A stretch of 63,865 nt of DNA, counting the filler, from Octopus bimaculoides (Eukaryota): NCBI RefSeq assembly GCF_001194135.2. It is 6 parts of 5 records of this genome, joined end to end, with 100 filler letters (N's around TTAATTAATTAA, not from the genome) between each part and the next. Parts side by side here need not be neighbours in the genome. Positions count along the whole stretch, not along the records: positions 40,722 to 59,121 come from NC_068994.1; positions 59,222 to 63,865 come from NC_068992.1; 4 more parts are not named here. The stretch is one strand, 5' to 3'. Every line of letters begins with the position of its first letter. The first letter of the stretch is position 1. The translations under genes and the position numbers were made by a program. The notes beneath the pieces were generated by a model, which saw nothing but the letters and a program-made list of their open reading frames with translations, made no database searches and was not told the origin of the DNA. This document shows, one piece after another, positions 52,407 to 63,865 of the stretch.

Positions 52407-52441
52407 GTTTTACGTTTCGAGCAAAGCTCTTCTTCGGAAAC
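52407..52441 (-). ncRNA. Minimal hammerhead-like motif with variant core CCGAAGA
   Basis: Minus strand GTTT-CCGAAGA-A-GAGC-TTT-GCTC-GAAAC-GTA^AAAC. Confidence 0.6.
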
Positions 52442-52619
52442 AGGAGACAGAGGAAAGTCAAATAGAAAAGGAAGACGGAGGAAAAGCAAATCGCCAACGA
52501 TTTACACGTGGTTACATTTTGAAATATATGTGAATATGCGTAAAACTATATAATTTCATTATGATTTATATAAAACGTGAAGGAAGTTGACACTGAGAGC
52601 AGAGATAAGTATAAATCAC

Positions 52620-53420
52620 TGTCGCATAAACGTCAGTTTTGTTAGTATTTTAAATAAAACTCAAGAAAAAATAACCCTTACATAGAACCCAAAGAAAAAT
52701 TGCAGTAAATGATCAAGTACCTCAGTATTCCTCCTGATATTTAACGAAAAACATTAGTAATATTAATAAATAAATCTCTCATATATCTTCAGATGAATCT
52801 TTTAACAGCGCTGCCAACTGTTATAATGATATATTGAAAAGAAGCAGATTCAAGGAATAAATATATTACACACAAAGACAGAACATTGAAAACACAAGTA
52901 AAAACAGAAAACAGTAGATTATATAATTCAAACTAACGTTTAGTTTAAATGTAAGTTATAATACTGTCATTTGTTTTTCTAATCTTAATGAAAAAAATTC
53001 CATGCTCCTTAAGTTCAACAAAGTTTTTGGCAAAAACTCCATTAAGGTTGCGGTTATGATTTCCTTACCGCCTTAGTTAAATTCAAAAGGAAAAACTGAC
53101 ATATCCAGATGATAAACTCTTTTAAAAAAAATGTAGTCCACTGTGAAAACGATTGTGCTAAACATTACGTAGGTCCGCTTGAAAATGCCTTTAAAACGCT
53201 ATAATAAGCATGTAATTACATTCAGTTACGAATAAAGAAAGAAAATACTATACTACGACTCTCTCTAAATATATCAGGAATCTGAGGAAAAGAAGCTTTA
53301 ATAATTTCAAGATCACCTGGTCAAGCACAGAAACTGCATCCTCATACATAAAAGGATTCAAATGTCTGTTCTGATTATCAGAAAAATATAATATACTGAT
53401 TATGACATTGATTTATTGAA
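52620..53420 (+). mobile_element. Degenerate Penelope-like RT thumb/linker remnant
   Basis: SDESFNSAANCYNDILKRSRFKE followed by a degenerate IIWFNPPFS-like segment. Confidence 0.65.
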
Positions 53421-54465
53421 TTATATTATTATATATACTCATCAGAGAAAGTACCCCTTACTTCCCTACTTATCGAATAAATAATGATAATCTATTTTTG
53501 ACACTAACAATCAAGTGCTGAACATTTTACATGCTTTTTGAAGTAATTTCGTTTTTATGTTTAATCACGTTTAGACAAAACGTTGTAAATCTCCTATACG
53601 AACCTTCATAACTGTCAACAATTTCCATGAATAACAATGAACAATCTCATGTTATGTTACTTTGCTGTACTTAAATTCTTCTATTCAGTTTCATTCTGCC
53701 TTTTTACAGCATATTTTGAAGTTTCAGATACGCACAAATACACGTACGTATGTATTTGTGTATGTATATATGTATGCCTGGATGTATGTTTGTATGTATG
53801 TGCATGTGTGTGTATGTATGTATGTGTATGTATGTATGTATGTATGTATGTATGTATGTATGTATGTATGTATGTANNNNNNNNNNNNNNNNNNNNNNNN
53901 NNNNNNNNNNNNNNNNNNNNNNNNNNNNNNNNNNNNNNNNNNNNNNNNNNNNNNNNNNNNNNNNNNNNNNNNNNNNNNNNNNNNNNNNNNNNNNNNNNNN
54001 NNNNNNNNNNNNNNNNNNNNNNNNNNNNNNNNNNNNNNNNNNNNNNNNNNNNNNNNNNNNNNNNNNNNNNNNNNNNNNNNNNNNNNNNNNNNNNNNNNNN
54101 NNNNNNNNNNNNNNNNNNNNNNNNNNNNNNNNNNNNNNNNNNNNNNNNNNNNNNNNNNNNNNNNNNNNNNNNNNNNNNNNNNNNNNNNNNNNNNNNNNNN
54201 NNNNNNNNNNNNNNNNNNNNNNNNNNNNNNNNNNNNNNNNNNNNNNNNNNNNNNNNNNNNNNNNNNNNNNNNNNNNNNNNNNNNNNNNNNNNNNNNNNNN
54301 NNNNNNNNNNNNNNNNNNNNNNNNNNNNNNNNNNNNNNNNNNNNNNNNNNNNNNNNNNNNNNNNNNNNNNNNNNNNNNNNNNNNNNNNNNNNNNNNNNNN
54401 NNNNNNNNNNNNNNNNNNNNNNNNNNNNNNNNNNNNNNNNNNNNNNNNNNNNNNNNNNNNNNNNN

Positions 54466-54500
<35 letters not shown>

Positions 54501-54529
54501 TATATAGCAGTAATACTGATCATACACCG

Positions 54530-54950
54530 GTAAATATTTTCCAATCTTAAAACGACCATTTCCTCTCTCCCTCTGTGCCCATCCTACAACCTTTCCAATT
54601 TGCATCTCCTAAACTCTAATCCATTGTCTTACTTTTTGCCATTTAATTTTACTACTATGCTGCGCTTCGAATTTTCTATTTCTAAACATTATACATGTAA
54701 TTTTCTCCACCTACAACTAATTTTTAATCATAGTCCTCCAATTCGCTTTCTCTAATTTATCTCATTGTTCCTGTGTATGCAGGAACAATGACCTTCTCAT
54801 CCCTTTTAACTACCCTACTAGCCGTTTTTCATTCCTTTTTGTTTCATCCATCGCTTCTGTATAAACTATATATCCCTTTCCAAACAAACTATTATGATTA
54901 CGACAGTTTACATAATGATACAATGCATGTCTTTCTCTTCCTTTTCTTTC
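54530..54950 (-). mobile_element. Possible degenerate LINE 3' fragment
   Basis: Purine-rich coding-like minus strand with a GRGNGR patch; no intact motif. Confidence 0.3.
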
Positions 54951-55255
54951 TTTTCTTTTATTCCTGAATTTTCTCTTTTACTTAGTGTTTTTTTATTATC
55001 TTTTGTTACTTCCCTCTGTCTCGTATGCATCTGTTTTTTTTCTCTTTATCGTTTCTTCCGTCCATTTTTATTTTTCTATTTTTCTTCTTGCGCCTTTCCC
55101 TAATCTAAAATTTTAAAAACAATTTATTCGTTTTAAAATACAAATGACAACTTTTTAAATATAAACTACTTGCTGCAAACGGTTTTTGTTTTTCAGTATA
55201 TGTATGTGTGCATGCATACACACACACACACATGTTGTGTATGGATGTATGTATG

Positions 55256-55294
<39 letters not shown>

Positions 55295-55457
55295 GTAGAT
55301 AGATAGATATACATGTACACACATACATTCATACATACATCCATGCGTACATACATGCATACATACACACAAACACATATGTAAACAAACATAAGTTTGT
55401 TTTTGAAGCGTTGAAAAATATATCTTTCTACTTGTTCTATATATATACATATATATA

Positions 55458-56275
55458 TGTAAGAAACGACCGTGCGAACCAAAGGAGAAATGGTAACGAA
55501 TGGGTAACAGGCCATAAGAAATGCCAGTAAGATAAAGATAGAAGATGACTCAACCGATAAAGATGAATAACAGTAAAATTTATGGGAGCATTAAACTGTA
55601 TGTCTGTGTGTGAATGAATGCGACATAATAAAACACAATATAAGATTGGCCGTCATGTAAACAAGATAGTGTATGTGTATGTAAGAGATACAGAGGATAG
55701 AAGAGAGTCAGTAACACGGATAAGAATATACCAGTTCTTAGTTAGGGTACACAGTAGTTAGTGTCTGTATATAAGAGGTTGAGGCGTTAGGCGGAGCTAA
55801 GTCATTCGTCGTGAAGTTGGGGCTTCGATGCCGGGCCGGATTCTTGAATACAGATGATCTTCGCAGGCTGAGTTCTGGCTGTTAATTTCGTGGTGAGCAA
55901 ATCACACAAACAGGGTTGAGAAGCTGCGGTTGCTTGTGTACGTGTAGAAGTCATGTTGACGCTGGGGACGACGCTGGTAGTACGTAGTTGAAGTGGTTGT
56001 TGATGTCGTCGCTGGAACTTGGCTGGCTGTGTTACGTGCGTGGTGGTCTACGACCAGATCTTAGAAGATCTGAGCCGCGACCAATTGCCACGGATAATTT
56101 AGGCTATTTATAGGAAAATAGGGGCTCCAGAGAGCATCAGAAGAACACTCTCTCACGTGACTTTGTTTGTGGCTAAGGTTGGTCGGTTTGCGTCCTGGCG
56201 GCAAATGGAGTGTAGACAATTGCCGCGTAAATAAAAATCAGTCAGGTGATGACAGGGAAAGAATTGTTCTCTGCT
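55458..56275. mobile_element. LTR-like sequence
   Basis: Starts TGTAAG abruptly in a (TA)n tract; TATATAAG followed by TCATTC on plus, and CCTATAAATAG on minus; other end lost in a gap. Confidence 0.5.
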
Positions 56276-56548
56276 NNNNNNNNNNNNNNNNNNNNNNNNN
56301 NNNNNNNNNNNNNNNNNNNNNNNNNNNNNNNNNNNNNNNNNNNNNNNNNNNNNNNNNNNNNNNNNNNNNNNNNNNNNNNNNNNNNNNNNNNNNNNNNNNN
56401 NNNNNNNNNNNNNNNNNNNNNNNNNNNNNNNNNNNNNNNNNNNNNNNNNNNNNNNNNNNNNNNNNNNNNNNNNNNNNNNNNNNNNNNNNNNNNNNNNNNN
56501 NNNNNNNNNNNNNNNNNNNNNNNNNNNNNNNNNNNNNNNNNNNNNNNN

Positions 56549-58481
56549 CAAACATTTTCCTCCGTTCAACTTCGCGAAAATATCTTCCGGACTTGGTAAC
56601 GGGTAATTACATGGTATCAAACATTCGTTTTAATCTCGTTGATAAATCAGCGCATACTCGGATTTTAATTTTTTTTTTTTTTCTTGACACAAACTGAAGG
56701 GGACGCCCATTTTGAGTAATCAATTTTTCCAATAACGCCAAGCTTTTCGAGTCTATCTACTTCTTCGTTGACTTATTTCAACGCTGCGAAAAGTACAGTT
56801 CTTTTTGGTTTAAATACCGGTAAAGCATTTTCTTTCACTTGAAACTTCGCCTTTGTTTTAGTGCAAAGACCGAATTCCTCAGAAAAAAACTTCAGGAAAA
56901 ATTTGTCTGAATTCTCTTTTTAAATCTTCCGACGCCTTATTTGTACTGGCGGAAGAACCATTCACATTTTCCAAAAGATATTTATAGATGGGTTCCATAA
57001 GTTAAATAGTTCCATCCAGTTTGTTCTAAATAAATTTGTCGTATTTTTCAACACAAAAACTTTGGCTTTCAAAGTTTTTCCACGAAATGTAACATCGCTT
57101 ATCATTTCGCTCATAAAATGCTATGTTTTTCCTGAAACGTCTCACGCAATTTTCGAAGTTTCCTTTAATCTGGGTTTCCCAATTTTTCTCTATGTATCTG
57201 TATTAATCATCGTGATGTCATTGCATGCATCCAGTTGTAACTTGATATTCACGTTACTCAGTTGTATGGACACAAATTTTCTTTTCTGAGCCTCACTTAG
57301 AATTTTTTTTCAATAATACATTCTTTCTAGAATTTTTTGGTTTGATCCTTTTTTTTTTCACTATACAATGTGAGCTTTTATGTCCAATTTTTCCACAATC
57401 AAGACATTTATGATTTTTAAAAGGACAATTACTTTTAAAATGTAATCTTCCACAACCATAGCACAGATTTGGTCTTGACGTTCGTTATCTTTTTCTTATC
57501 CATTTTAGGTCGACATGCATGTATCTGAGAACAATCCTTTTCTTCAATTTTATCTGCGTCATATCTTAAATTTAAAATCCTGTGGCATTCTCCAGCCAAT
57601 GCCTGTAGAATCAATTTTTGGTCCTGTTCTAATTTTGTTAATATACGGGAATGTATATCAGCATTTTTTTCTTGCTGTTAAACCTTAAACAAAAATGAGA
57701 CATTTGAACAAGTCCGAAGTTAATTTATTTAATTTGAATTTTTCACACTTTCTATTAACTACAACAGCACATAGGTGACGAAATCTTCATGATATTTTTT
57801 AACTAAATTTAAACATTGCCAACTAGTATCGAACTTGGAACTTCTTTCACTGAAAATTCTCGATAACAAATTAACTGTTTCATCGAAACAAATCTCACCC
57901 GGTTTCTTCGGCAGAATATAGTTACAGTATTTGTCTTGTTTAGCAGGGGATAACTTTCTTAAAAGTAGTCGCACCTCGTCTCGTCATTCTTTTTTACGTT
58001 CTTCTTGGAAGATTTCTTCGTATCTTCTAAAATATGAAGAAAAAATAGTACCTTTTTCCAATTGAATTTCTCCAATTAAATTTGCTACGCTGTCTGATGA
58101 GAACGAACCTGAAGTATTTTCAGACTTCTTCATTACTTCCAGTAACTGTTAGAATTGTTGTTGTTACTGTTGCAGTTGTCGTTGTAACAGCTGTTGCTGC
58201 TGTTGCAACTGAACCACGCGAGCCAGCAAGTCCATGTTAAATACTATTTTCCTTGGTTTCGTACCCCCCACCAAAAATAATAATAATAAATTTAAACGTC
58301 CTACGCAAGTTTCGAATATCTCGTCATCACTTTTATATCCTGCCACAAGATAAATTATGCAGCTGAGGTTTAATCAAGGTGTTCACACGAGTACTTCGTT
58401 AGACTACCAAAACGCTCTCTCCGCCTAGTCCTAGTCCATTCTTCAAATCTGCCAGGTATGTCAATGATTCTCGCCACAACA
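56549..58481 (-). mobile_element. Second decayed Mag/K02A2.6-like gypsy element (putative 5' LTR, PBS, gag, PR, start of RT)
   Basis: TG-starting ~150-bp segment 58331-58481; GTGATGACGAG (decayed TGGCGACGAG-type PBS) at 58320-58330; gag YFRRYEEIF..RLLLRKLSP; CYGCGRLHFKSNC; IKLQLDA; YPLPSPEDIFAKLNGG. Homologous to 1490-4995. Confidence 0.9.
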
Positions 58482-58699
58482 CACATATATGCACATATAT
58501 ACATATGCATACAGAAGCATGTATGTATTGTATGGATGTTATTATTCAGTTTTATTTCAAGATTTCTAGCCAAAAGAGAAAGAGCCGATTTCTAACCTAG
58601 ATCCAAGGCTCTTCATTGGAATTTCATTGGATTAAAATTTAAAATGGAGATTCATAAGGTTGTTGGGGATTACTTATGGGGTATTGTGGAAACACATTT

Positions 58700-59096
58700 T
58701 GAGGTTATTTAAGCATTTAGATTTGTGGTAGAATTTCAAGGTATGAAAAAAGCGGTGATTGCATGTGCTTAGTGCCCCATTCTGTTTGTTTAGTAGTGTT
58801 GAAAAGTTGTGCTTTAATATGTGAAGTGCATCCTTCAAGCAAAGCTTACAGGCTGAGCATTGACATTGCTATGGAAGCCCTGAATTTATTATGGACAATG
58901 ACATAGGATAGGGTATATTGGTATTTTTAAGATGAAGTATGTGTTTGGCGAGTGTTGTGAATTTATAATGTTTATCGTATCTAAAAAAATGGAGATGAGT
59001 GACATATCGTTGTTTAAAATTTATGGTTGATCCTATATATATGGCTATAGCATTGTGTAGTGTGTTAAGGACAATGCATTTATAAATATCACACAT
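58700..59096 (-). mobile_element. Penelope-like GIY-YIG remnant
   Basis: YIGSTINFKQRYVTH..TTLAKHILHLK, followed by CKLCL. Confidence 0.8.
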
Positions 59097-59338
59097 TCAC
59101 ACATATAGTATATATATATATNNNNNNNNNNNNNNNNNNNNNNNNNNNNNNNNNNNNNNNNNNNNTTAATTAATTAANNNNNNNNNNNNNNNNNNNNNNN
59201 NNNNNNNNNNNNNNNNNNNNNATTGTTTTTATCTAGTGTTATATTGCTACTTTTAACTAATTTTCCTCTTTTCAGGGTTGCTTTGGCACATTTTTCTAAT
59301 CCGAATTTCATATCTATTTCCTTGGTAAAGCCGTGTAC

Positions 59339-59417
<79 letters not shown>

Positions 59418-59492
59418 TCACTGCCTGGAATCTAACATGGAATTTTGAGTTTAGTAGCCCTCACTCTTAACCACTACGCCATATGCCCGTGG
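59339..59492 (-). mobile_element. tRNA-like SINE head followed by (TAA)n
   Basis: Minus strand GGGCATATGGCGTAGTGGTTAAGAG..TTAGATTCCAGGCAGTGACCTGA then (ATA)n. Confidence 0.6.
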
Positions 59493-59559
59493 TCATATGT
59501 TCTCGTCACGATGTTCTTGTTACAGGTGTTTTGTTTAAACAACGATCATTGCCCTTACC

Positions 59560-59893
59560 ATGTGTGTTATGTAATGAGGTCCTATTATATTGCTTAGCGT
59601 ATGTTGTTGCTTATTGTTTATCCTTCTCGAGCCATGCCTGGCTCATAAGGGTCGGTTCCCTGCTTTCATTGGCGGATACGTTCCCTACTTGTACGAGATG
59701 CTAGATGCAGGAGGAAATAGTGAGAGAAAGTTGTGGTGAAAGAGTGAACAGAAGTTCACCGTAAGCTTCTGCTGAAGATACTTGGAACTTATGAGTTTCG
59801 CCCATAAGGAGATACATCGCCCAGTCTGAGATTCTAACCCGCGATCCGCCGACAGCGAGTCCGCTGCTCTAACCACTGAGCCGTGTGTCACCA
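59560..59893 (-). mobile_element. Diverged family C-related SINE
   Basis: Shares GTGAGAGAAAGTTGTGGTGAAAGAGT and GAGTCCGCTGC.CTAACCACTG with the 10315 and 27717 copies. Confidence 0.75.
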
Positions 59894-61024
59894 CGTTTAG
59901 TTTGTGAGCTAGTATGAATGTTGAGAGAATCATGACGTGAAAGCATGGATCATAAATCCACTGGTAAATAGTGAAATGTAGTGTGTTTCGCATTTAAACA
60001 CACACGCGCACACACACACACACACACACATGCATAGGTAGGCTATCTAATTTAAGGAACTAAAAGTATAATGGAAATGAATATATGCATTCATGTGTAT
60101 GTGTACGTATATATANNNNNNNNNNNNNNNNNNNNNNNNNNNNNNNNNNNNNNNNNNNNNNNNNNNNNNNNNNNNNNNNNNNNNNNNNNNNNNNNNNNNN
60201 NNNNNNNNNNNNNNNNNNNNNNNNNNNNNNNNNNNNNNNNNNNNNNNNNNNNNNNNNNNNNNNNNNNNNNNNNNNNNNNNNNNNNNNNNNNNNNNNNNNN
60301 NNNNNNNNNNNNNNNNNNNNNNNNNNNNNNNNNNNNTATATATATATGTATGTATATATAACATACCTATGCGTACACAATACATACATATATGCATGTA
60401 TGCATGTATGTATATATATCCACATGCGTCTATTATTTATATATATGCAAATATCGATACGTGTTCATAGACTTGTGTATGCGACTTGCAGTTTCTTCTT
60501 TTTATGTTTTGTTTAAAACTTGGAATTGCAAGCTTTCTATTATCTATTATTTTCATTAGCAATTCTTCTAATGTCATCTTGTTCCGTTTCATCGCAACTT
60601 CTGTTGTTGTTACTGCGTTAGTATATCTTACATTAAAACACCATTTCTTGTGATGTCTTTGAATTCAGTGGTGACACTTTGTCTACAAACTGATAGATAT
60701 AGTGCGCTTTCAAATTTCTGGAATGATATAAATGTTTAATGACACTAAACATCATTCTTCATTATTCCAATAAATCCTCATGAAGTCATATGTAACAAAA
60801 GATTGCGTTAAGATAGTCTTATGCAATTATATTCGGGTTTTCAGTAAAACGTGTGTAAAATGACGACCATATAGACTCCAAACTGTAGCACGAAATTTCA
60901 CTATAGTGACATGAATGTGCAGCTATACATGGATTGGAATAGAATAAATTATCTTCTAACACATATGTAATATTTCATAGAGTTTAATACCTACTCATTA
61001 AACATAATATGAAATACTGGTTTC

Positions 61025-61190
61025 AAATATTGGCACAAGGAAGGCAAGTTCGAGGGAATGGTTAAGACGATTACATAGACCTCCCCGAAAGGATAAAAGT
61101 TAAAATCGACCCCTGTGAATTTAAACTCAGAAATTACAGTCAGGTGAAAGCATTTTGACTAGCGTGCTAACGATCTCGCCAGCTCGCAGC
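61025..61190 (-). mobile_element. SINE family B, diverged
   Basis: Reverse-complement match. Confidence 0.7.
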
Positions 61191-62072
61191 TTTAACGTGA
61201 TATAAAATAGGTTAATCATATTTGTGCATGTGTATCTGTGTGCTTGTCTTTGAATGCCTATATGAGTAGATTTTCCCTCTCTTCATGAACAATCTATGAA
61301 TATTACAAATACTCTATAATACAATTTGTCACACTTTTTCATCTTCCATGTTCATTTCTTTCTCATTTTGCTGCCTTCCTCATTTGCCTTATTTTTCTAC
61401 ATTTGGTGTCATGCATTCTTCTCCCAGCCTATATTTGCTCCCATATTTAATTCTAGCTTTTGTTTCTGCTAGACACCTATTTGCAAAACCTGTTTATATT
61501 CAATCTTCTAGACATTGGAATATGACCATTTTTTAAATAAAAATCTCATTCACGAAATGCTCAGATGAGTATTAAGAACAAAAGCAGAAAAGTTTATTTA
61601 AGTGTCAAATATTCTCAAAACATTTTGCAAACATGTCTCATTCCATGTAAAAGAAAAAGAAAAATGAACTTGTATATACATTCACACACACACACAAAGA
61701 CAAACACATANNNNNNNNNNNNNNNNNNNNNNNNNNNNNNNNNNNNNNNNNNNNNNNNNNNNNNNNNNNNNNNNNNNNNNNNNNNNNNNNNNNNNNNNNN
61801 NNNNNNNNNNNNNNNNNNNNNNNNNNNNNNNNNNNNNNNNNNNNNNNNNNNNNNNNNNNNNNNNNNNNNNNNNNNNNNNNNNNNNNNNNNNNNNNNNNNN
61901 NNNNNNNNNNNNNNNNNNNNNNNNNNNNNNNNNNNNNNNNNNNNNNNNNNNNNNNNNNNNNNNNNNNNNNNNNNNNNNNNNNNNNNNNNNNNNNNNNNNN
62001 NNNNNNNNNNNNNNNNNNNNNNNNNNNNNNNNNNNNNNNNNNNNNATATATATATATATATATATATATACA

Positions 62073-62240
62073 TCTACGAGGGGCTTCTTTCAGTTTCTCT
62101 GTCCCAGATACAGTCACAAGGCTTTGGTCGGTGTGAGTCTGCATTCGAAGACACTTGCCCAAGGTGCCACACAGTGGGTCTGAACTGAGAACCGTGTGTT
62201 TGGGAAGCAAGATGCTTACCACACAGCCACGCATGCGCCT
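62073..62240 (-). mobile_element. SINE family A head
   Basis: Reverse complement of the GGCACCTTGGGCAAGTGTCTT core and head. Confidence 0.85.
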
Positions 62241-63824
62241 ATATACATATGCATTTCAAAACATATATTCAGCTCCATTAGGTTGCTATTTAGAAGCGTT
62301 TCTAATGTGGCGATTATAATGCTTTGCAAAATAATAGTCGCTGTGCTTTTCACCTATAAGTTATTTATTCTCCAAATTGGTTTCTGATTGGTTAAACCAG
62401 ATAACCATACACAGAAGCCTACATACACATACATATCCATGTGGCTTCATTGAGCGGACCGTAATTTCGCGAATATATTACGTGTCATTTTAGGCTGATT
62501 TTATTTTCTATCACCTAGGGTCAACACTTCATTTACGTGAGAATAACGCTGGATAGAAGCAAAATATATAGAAGCCCGACGGGTGGATTGTATTTCGAAT
62601 TCAAAATGTAGACCTGTGTAAGACACGGTGTCAGTCTGACAGAACCTGAGAATTACGTTATTGTAATACATGTCTAGAAAATTTTCAAGCACGCATATGT
62701 TAATTCAAATGCAGGCAATTCAGTGGATTGCGTAATTGAATATATATCAGAGAAACATCCATCAATCCATTTGTGTATATATGTAAGTGTGAGAGTGTGT
62801 GTGTGCGTATGTGTTCGCGTGTGTGTACTTGCCCGCTTTTGTATGTCCACTTTGCTGTTTTTATTAAGCTATTGTAAATTCAATGCAATATATTATTACA
62901 TCTGTCTGTGATTTAACCTTTGTTGTTCGACTACATGTAATCCACCTACATTCCAATATCATATAGCAAACCAGGGTATGCAATAATTATTCAGTGAGGA
63001 TTCATGATTAACCTGTAATGATCGGTGGCTATAGGAAATACTTACGAATATATAATAAATACAATTATGCGTTTCGTTACATGTAACGGCTTAATTATAT
63101 AATTCTAACGTGAGTGAATAGCTACAGTAGGTTTGGGATAAATCCATTAATGAAATTGCAATTTCTATTGATGTGCTTGTCTTAGTATTTGTTTCGCCTC
63201 TTCTAATTTAGTCTCACCATATAAAAAGAATATCATATTTCTGGAATTTGCTACCGCCGTCTACATCTACTTGCCATTCTTTGTAAAGTGTGGTATAGCT
63301 ATATCTTGTATTTAAAACAAAACCGTAGGAAAAAACCAGTGGTAAACTTGATGAGAGTAAACATGTAGCCTAAAGAACTATAACGTCATAGAAGCGCTGT
63401 ATAATCAGCTACTCATTTACTTGCAAAGAATTTCTTAAATAATTTAATGAGTGAGAGCAACTTTTCACTTAATTAAACTAAAAGAATAGCTAAGATGTAG
63501 CTTTAGAAACACTGCGCAGTCATCTAAGTAATAATAAACTTTTGACACGTGGTAAATCATTTTTGCGTTGTTTCATTTCAGGAAGAAGAGTACAAAATTC
63601 GTAGATTTTATACACGTAGGCGTCAGACATCCTTGCTGGATCAAAATGTTTCGATGTTTTCTCAGAGGAATTAGTTGTCTTGGCATACTGCAATATTGGA
63701 TACTACAAATAATTCAGCAACCTTTTATAAAGGCCATACCTCACCGTAAATACATCTTACACACGCATGTAACATGTGCTCCTCTCTCCATATATTACTG
63801 TTGGTAATACACACACACACACAC

Positions 63825-63865
<41 letters not shown>

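Noticed and set aside
53400-53450. Minus-strand CTGATGAG as a further hammerhead
   Set aside because: No GAAAC or closing helices found downstream.
63640-63672. Minus-strand CTGAGAA..CGAAAC hammerhead-like string
   Set aside because: Core incomplete and no stem I or II pairing.

Overview
This is AT-rich metazoan draft-assembly sequence with many N gaps, dominated by microsatellites, tRNA-derived SINEs and decayed transposons. The repeat landscape resembles a cephalopod (octopus-like) genome, but that is inference. No complete host gene could be identified. Supported content: two decayed Mag/K02A2.6-type Ty3/gypsy elements; a mariner remnant and several TA-flanked MITEs; a 5'-truncated RTE-like LINE end with an intact three-C2H2-finger frame; two R4/Dong-type RLE LINE fragments; a hAT (Tip100-like) remnant; a cluster of Penelope-like (GIY-YIG) remnants; and at least four SINE/short-repeat families, several copies with target-site duplications (TSDs). 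The most interesting structures are minimal type I hammerhead ribozyme (HHR) motifs from at least four unrelated repeat families. Two of them sit in ~250-300 bp ORF-less fold-back elements made of two inverted HHR-bearing arms. A set of phase-compatible minus-strand exon candidates suggests the window may lie inside a large-intron gene, which is unverified. Repeat boundaries are approximate unless a TIR or TSD is quoted.
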